The translations under genes and the position numbers were made by a program. Shown piece by piece: positions 59,308-64,000 of a stretch of 64,000 nt of DNA. The DNA comes from an uncultured Lentisphaerota bacterium (GTDB taxonomy: Bacteria > Verrucomicrobiota > Kiritimatiellia > RFP12 > UBA1067): contig CAMKJU010000003.1 of assembly GCA_946413265.1 (NCBI GenBank), forward strand, positions 9,087 through 73,086. Reading direction: 5' to 3'. Numbering within the stretch: the stretch's first letter is position 1; each line of letters begins with the position of its first letter. The notes beneath the pieces are model-generated. The model ran no database searches, had not been told where the DNA came from, and worked only from the letters and a program-made list of their open reading frames with translations.

Positions 59308-62300
59308 ATGAAAAAGAGCATTTTATTGGCGTTTTTCGCCTGTTTTTCCGCGTGCGTCGCGCGCGCGGAAGTGGTCACGCCCACCATGGCGATGGCCGCT
59401 GCCGACGCTTGGGCTGAGCGCAACGCGCAGTTTGATACCGGTAACAATGCGACGAACGTGATCACGGTTTGCGACACCAATGCCGCGCAAACAGTCCTGT
59501 GGCATCAGGTGTCGATGGCCGGCGGCGGCTGCCTAATCATCGCGCCGGTCACGGAAATCGAGCCTGTCGTCATGGCACTTGAACGCGACCCCGGCGAACT
59601 GCCTGCGGCGCATCCGCTGCACGCCATACTGACTCTCGACATGCGCGGCCGTCTCCGTTTCCTGAACCTCTACCCGGAAAACGCATCGTCCTCCGGCGGC
59701 AGGCTGCGCCTCGCGGCATCGTCATCGAGTGAGCCCGAGGATGAAGAAAAGGCTACACAAAGGGAGGCGGTGCGTCAGGAATGGGCTGCACAGCAGCAGT
59801 CGAAATGGAACAGGCTCCGTGCGCCCCGCAAGAGCGTCAAGTCGCGTCTCGGCGTGGGTATTACGCAACAGGCGGACGATAGCCAGATGAAGTACAAGGT
59901 CGTTTTGCCGGGCTTTGAGTCGGGGGGCAAGCTCACGCACTGGAACCAGGACGGGGACTACGCAACGTACACGCCGGGCCACGTTGTGTGCGGGTGCGTG
60001 GCCACGGCGGCGGCGGCAATCATGCAGTACTTCAGGGCTGGTGAAAAGGATGGACGGGAAATCAAATCCGGGCAGCAGGATGCTGGCACCACCTACAAGG
60101 GTAGCGCATACCCGTCGTCGACAAAAGGCGGCAAGTACGACTGGGCAAATCCAACTGGCGAGCTTTATGGCCGTGTGACGTACGACGCGGGCGTTGCCGT
60201 CGGCATGGGTTGGAACGATGGCGGATCCGGGGCATCGGAGATGGCCACAGCCAGGGCGCTTGTGGAGTATTTTGGTTTCGCGGAAGCCCGCTACGTGGAC
60301 AATCCCAGGCCAGACCAGTACGAAAAACTCATCTACGCCCAATGTCGCTCTGGTGCGCCGGTCGGCATGGGCATTGGTAAAAGCAAGGGTGGCTCAGGGC
60401 ACTCCGTCGTTGCGGTCGGCTATGGCATTGACGACGACGACGTGGAGCGCGTTCGCGTGTTCCTAGGCTGGGGCGGATCGGGCGACGGCTGGTACGCGCT
60501 CCCGTACATCAACACCAAGAGCACGCTCTACGGCGAAGAAGACCTCTACGACATTCTGGACGGCATCATCACGATGATCGGTTACGAGAACGACAACGTC
60601 GTGCCTGTTTTCGGACGGCTTCTGCCCTACATCAACCCGCCCATGACAATCGGCGGCATCGAGTACAGCCATGAAAAAGACGGCGACTACTTCGACAACA
60701 TCTTCATCGACGGCTTCTTCGGCGCGCGCGTTTCCGCAGCCGGAACGGCGAACAAACAGGTTGAACTTATCTGTGCGGGCAAATCGGGCAGCGTGACCAT
60801 CGGCCCGGCCGCAAGCAAGACCGAAAGATCCTACATCAGCGACGGCGACGCCATCTGCAAGTGGGTGCCCGACCCGATCTTCTTCCCGCTCCTCAATTCC
60901 GAGGTGGCGCTGAGCTTCGCGGATGCGCGGGAGAAGTGCATTGCGTCGTTTGAGACGACCACGAACAAGCCTGTCTTCGCCTTCAGCGGAACCTGGGGTG
61001 AACCGGCCACCGACGCCGCATGGAACTACCTGTACTGGCTGGATACGGAAGCAGACGACGCGACGAAGGAGGCCTTCACCAACAAGTACATCGTCCTGTG
61101 CGTTCCGTACAGCCTCGGCCTCTCCTCGGAGTCCGACGGCAAGCCGTCCCTCGGCATATTCGACGGACGCGCCATTTCCGCGGACGAGAACAAGATGTGG
61201 TCCTTCTACAACGGGCGTCTTTCGTACTGGACGATCGGCAGCGCGACGTACACGAACGACGTGGACGAAGCGGGCTTCCCCTACACGAACGTGGTCGAGA
61301 CCGTCGACGGCCAGTTCATCACCTACGCCTACACGAACGTGATTGACGGCGTCAGCGGCGAGGGCATTGACTACGTCACGGGCGAGCTGATCACGAACGC
61401 GTTGATCCGCGTGATGGAGACGGGACTCACGAACTTCCTCGAAAGGGCGTCCGGCATCTCCCTGGCGGTGGAGGCGGCCGGCTTTACGATCTCCGTCGAG
61501 AACCCGCCCGACATCGTATTGACCTCGACATACGGCGGCTCAGACATTCCTGGTCACGCGGAACCCGACTACGGACTTTACGAAAACAAATACACCAACG
61601 GAACGACCATCGCGATATCCGCGCCCGCGTTCGCCACGAACGCCGCCGGGAACGTCGAGCTTGCGTGCCGAGGATACCTACTTTCATCGACCAACACCGT
61701 CGAGGTCCAGACCAACATGAACGTCACGACTGCGGAGTTCCTTCCCGTCCGCAACGGCGCCTACACGATCACGTGGCTGTGGGAAACCAACGCCGTGAAG
61801 ATTGTGCGGGAGGTCGTCTCCGACCGCGGGGTAGGCACCATCACGTCCGACAAGGGCGACGGCGACTGGTACAATGTCGGAGAGATCGTCACCTTCACCG
61901 CAACCGGAGGGAAGTTCACGACGACCAGCTACGATTTCAACGGCTGGGGTCTGGAAGGAAAGATTGACGGCGGAAGAGTCATAGAGAGAGGGTTTACGGC
62001 GGACGACGAGTATTCCGAGTCCGGGAACATGTTTGTGGTCAAGGTGACGCACCCCGCGTTGATAAAGGCCACGTTCTCGAAAAGAACCGGCGGCGGAGGC
62101 ACCTTCAACCTGACGGTGAAGAACTACGGGATCAATGACGGTGACCCCATGCCGAAAACGTTCGTCGGCGGCGCCGAGCTTCCATACGACACGGTCACGA
62201 ACCTCAGCTTTGTATCTACGGACGTCAGGCTTGAAACGAACATCGACGGCACTGGACGGTCGTGCCTTGGATGGCAGCTTGTCGATGACGGCGGCAACGC

Positions 62301-63162
62301 GCTCTGCGCCATGTACAACCTCGGCGTGGTTGTCGTGCCGACCAATTACGTCGGCGATGCCAGCGGGGACAATACGGTCATCCGGCAGGGCAACGGCGGC
62401 GGGCTTGTCGTCAACGGCAACGACGTCGTCGATCCGATGACGGGCAAGGTCGTCGCGGAGGAGGCGGGGTACAGGATCTACTACGTAGGCGACACAAGCC
62501 CCCTGTCGTGGGTCGGCGTGAATCCGAACATCTACGGCATCACGAACGGGGCGTCGGTCACGCTCACGTGGCTGTGGGACATTCCAATGGAGCCGGATGA
62601 CGACACCACTTTTGACATCGTATGGAACGAGACGCTGGACAATCTCCACATCGGCTATGTGACAAACCTTCTTACCCAGGCGGAAATGGAGGAATTGGGT
62701 GTAGAGCTGGACGACCTCATCGTTAACGCGCCGGTAGGTTGGATCGCCACGAAGTCGCTGGACGCCGACGGCAACGCCATTGCCACGCTCTCGCGCGACG
62801 ACGCGGCACTCTCTGCCGCGATGGACACCTGCACGCTCACAATCTTCCTCAACGGCGATGGTTCCGGCACGTACACCGTCAAGGCCGATATTACGGATGC
62901 GCTGCGCGGGTTCTGGTACGTGTTGTATGGAGCCAACGATCTTAACGCCGCCCCGGACTCCGCAGATAGCTGGAAGGTCATCACGTCTGGCCACGAGAGC
63001 GGCACGTCTGCCGCGCAGGGGCAAGGCACGGCGGAGAATCCCTATTCCGAGGTCAACCTTTCAATCATCGTCACGCCCGGCGACACGGCCGCCGGTGCCA
63101 AGCGTTTCTATAAGGTCGTTAACGGAGCAACGCAAGAGCCCCTTACGGAAATAAGCCCATGA
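59308..63162 (+). CDS. second giant secreted C10 (SpeB-like) cysteine peptidase with large C-terminal beta-rich region
   Basis: Signal peptide MKKSILLAFFACFSACVARA. Catalytic Cys context GHVVCGCVATAAAAIMQYF and His context GSGHSVVAVGYG. Confidence 0.8.
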   Translation: MKKSILLAFFACFSACVARAEVVTPTMAMAAADAWAERNAQFDTGNNATNVITVCDTNAAQTVLWHQVSMAGGGCLIIAPVTEIEPVVMALERDPGELPAAHPLHAILTLDMRGRLRFLNLYPENASSSGGRLRLAASSSSEPEDEEKATQREAVRQEWAAQQQSKWNRLRAPRKSVKSRLGVGITQQADDSQMKYKVVLPGFESGGKLTHWNQDGDYATYTPGHVVCGCVATAAAAIMQYFRAGEKDGREIKSGQQDAGTTYKGSAYPSSTKGGKYDWANPTGELYGRVTYDAGVAVGMGWNDGGSGASEMATARALVEYFGFAEARYVDNPRPDQYEKLIYAQCRSGAPVGMGIGKSKGGSGHSVVAVGYGIDDDDVERVRVFLGWGGSGDGWYALPYINTKSTLYGEEDLYDILDGIITMIGYENDNVVPVFGRLLPYINPPMTIGGIEYSHEKDGDYFDNIFIDGFFGARVSAAGTANKQVELICAGKSGSVTIGPAASKTERSYISDGDAICKWVPDPIFFPLLNSEVALSFADAREKCIASFETTTNKPVFAFSGTWGEPATDAAWNYLYWLDTEADDATKEAFTNKYIVLCVPYSLGLSSESDGKPSLGIFDGRAISADENKMWSFYNGRLSYWTIGSATYTNDVDEAGFPYTNVVETVDGQFITYAYTNVIDGVSGEGIDYVTGELITNALIRVMETGLTNFLERASGISLAVEAAGFTISVENPPDIVLTSTYGGSDIPGHAEPDYGLYENKYTNGTTIAISAPAFATNAAGNVELACRGYLLSSTNTVEVQTNMNVTTAEFLPVRNGAYTITWLWETNAVKIVREVVSDRGVGTITSDKGDGDWYNVGEIVTFTATGGKFTTTSYDFNGWGLEGKIDGGRVIERGFTADDEYSESGNMFVVKVTHPALIKATFSKRTGGGGTFNLTVKNYGINDGDPMPKTFVGGAELPYDTVTNLSFVSTDVRLETNIDGTGRSCLGWQLVDDGGNALCAMYNLGVVVVPTNYVGDASGDNTVIRQGNGGGLVVNGNDVVDPMTGKVVAEEAGYRIYYVGDTSPLSWVGVNPNIYGITNGASVTLTWLWDIPMEPDDDTTFDIVWNETLDNLHIGYVTNLLTQAEMEELGVELDDLIVNAPVGWIATKSLDADGNAIATLSRDDAALSAAMDTCTLTIFLNGDGSGTYTVKADITDALRGFWYVLYGANDLNAAPDSADSWKVITSGHESGTSAAQGQGTAENPYSEVNLSIIVTPGDTAAGAKRFYKVVNGATQEPLTEISP

Positions 63163-63170
63163 GGTGAACC

Positions 63171-64000
63171 ATGATGTTTCGTTCCTCAATATTAGCGTTT
63201 ATGGCGGCCGCGATGACCTTCGCGGCCGGAGGGGTGAACATTACGGTCAACGCGACGGTGGATTCAAGGATTGGTTCGGTTGAGCTGAAAGCCGGTAGCC
63301 AAACGCTTGGACCCATCGCCAAGAATGGCTCTGCCAGTTGGACTGCGTGGGGAGTAGGCACGGCCTACACTCCGACTTTCTCGGGTGTCGCTCCGGGATA
63401 TGAAGGGCGCTGGACGGTTACAATGAGCGACCAGGCAACGTTGTCGGGTGGAGAGGAAAATACCATAACCATCCCGTCTTCCTCATATACGGGTTGCACG
63501 TTGAGCTTCATCGGTCAGGCGAAGACGTACACGGTCACGTTGGACCGACAGTCCGGCAGCGGCGGATCGTCAAGCGTGACGGCGACGTTCGACGCGGCGA
63601 TGCCGACGGCGACCATGCCTACGCGCGAGGGCTATTCGTTCGGCGGGTACTACACGGAGGCGGACGGTGGCGGGACGCAGTACTACAATGCGGACGGGAC
63701 CAGCGCGAGGAACTGGGGCGAGACGAGCAACACGACCCTCTACGCGAAGTGGACGGCCGCCACGTACACGGTAGCGCTTGACTGGCAGTCGGGGAGCGGA
63801 GGCACGGATTCCGTTACTGTGGCATACGGCAGCGCGATGCCTACGCCGATTACAATTCCCACGCGCACCGGCTACACGTTTGACGGGTACTACACGCACA
63901 CGTACGGCGACGGCACGCAGTACTACACGGCCTCAGGCGCAAGTGCGAAGAACTGGAACGAGACCTCGGTGACGAAGCTGTATGCGAACTGGAAGGCGAA
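63171..64000 (+). CDS. 3'-partial secreted protein with Listeria-Bacteroides (Flg_new-type) repeats
   Basis: Frame is open to the window end, so it is absent from the track. Signal peptide. Repeats TREGYSFGGYYTEADGGGTQYYNADG...LYAKW and TRTGYTFDGYYTHTYGDGTQYY...LYANW. Confidence 0.75.
   Translation, partial: MMFRSSILAFMAAAMTFAAGGVNITVNATVDSRIGSVELKAGSQTLGPIAKNGSASWTAWGVGTAYTPTFSGVAPGYEGRWTVTMSDQATLSGGEENTITIPSSSYTGCTLSFIGQAKTYTVTLDRQSGSGGSSSVTATFDAAMPTATMPTREGYSFGGYYTEADGGGTQYYNADGTSARNWGETSNTTLYAKWTAATYTVALDWQSGSGGTDSVTVAYGSAMPTPITIPTRTGYTFDGYYTHTYGDGTQYYTASGASAKNWNETSVTKLYANWKA

Overview
High-GC window, probably from a PVC-type host-associated glycan or mucin degrader (Lentisphaerota/Kiritimatiellota/Verrucomicrobiota-like; this is inference from PATR-like repeat adhesins, TAT-signal phosphoesterases, a sialate O-acetylesterase and C10 peptidases). 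About half of the window, ~6978..40746 (~33.8 kb), is a Mu-like transposable prophage. It carries an XRE repressor and a Ner-like regulator, a ParB-like protein, a DDE transposase and a MuB-like ATPase, plus DUF3164, GemA-like, MuF, gpG, protease/scaffold (gpI), capsid (gpT) and gp36-like genes, a siphovirus-type tail module and its own sigma factor. The terminase/portal module is inverted and sits on the left arm. The prophage has inserted into the 3' end of a 5.5-kb C10 peptidase-adhesin gene, and the displaced last ~32 codons of that gene are still readable at 40742..40840. The flanking chromosome encodes a 5'-partial cytochrome-c-motif protein, two TAT metallophosphoesterases, two AAA-ATPase/PD-(D/E)XK paralogs plus a deletion remnant of a third, an orphan Dam-type methylase, a sialate O-acetylesterase, a tandem secretin-like protein, a putative glycoside hydrolase, a second giant C10 peptidase and a 3'-partial Listeria-Bacteroides-repeat protein. 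The most unusual signal is a 23-24 nt motif with no stop codon in any of its six frames, GACAGCAAGCG(T/G)AC(A/G)ACAGCAAGG, itself a direct repeat of ACAGCAAG. It is present in at least 16 copies. Some copies exactly fill stop-to-start gaps in the prophage. Others are embedded in CDS in all three frames, and copies also occur in two chromosomal surface-protein genes. Other findings: a second boundary element (a hairpin with a compensatory base-pair change); GTGnAAA heptamer arrays; phased 10-bp end repeats; a MuF-JAB/JAMM fusion; a low-GC two-gene moron next to the repressor; widespread leaderless TGnTATAAT promoters; and a shared C-terminal (I/V)(I/V)V(R/K) tail on three surface proteins. All functional calls rest on motif recognition by eye, and no database search was possible.
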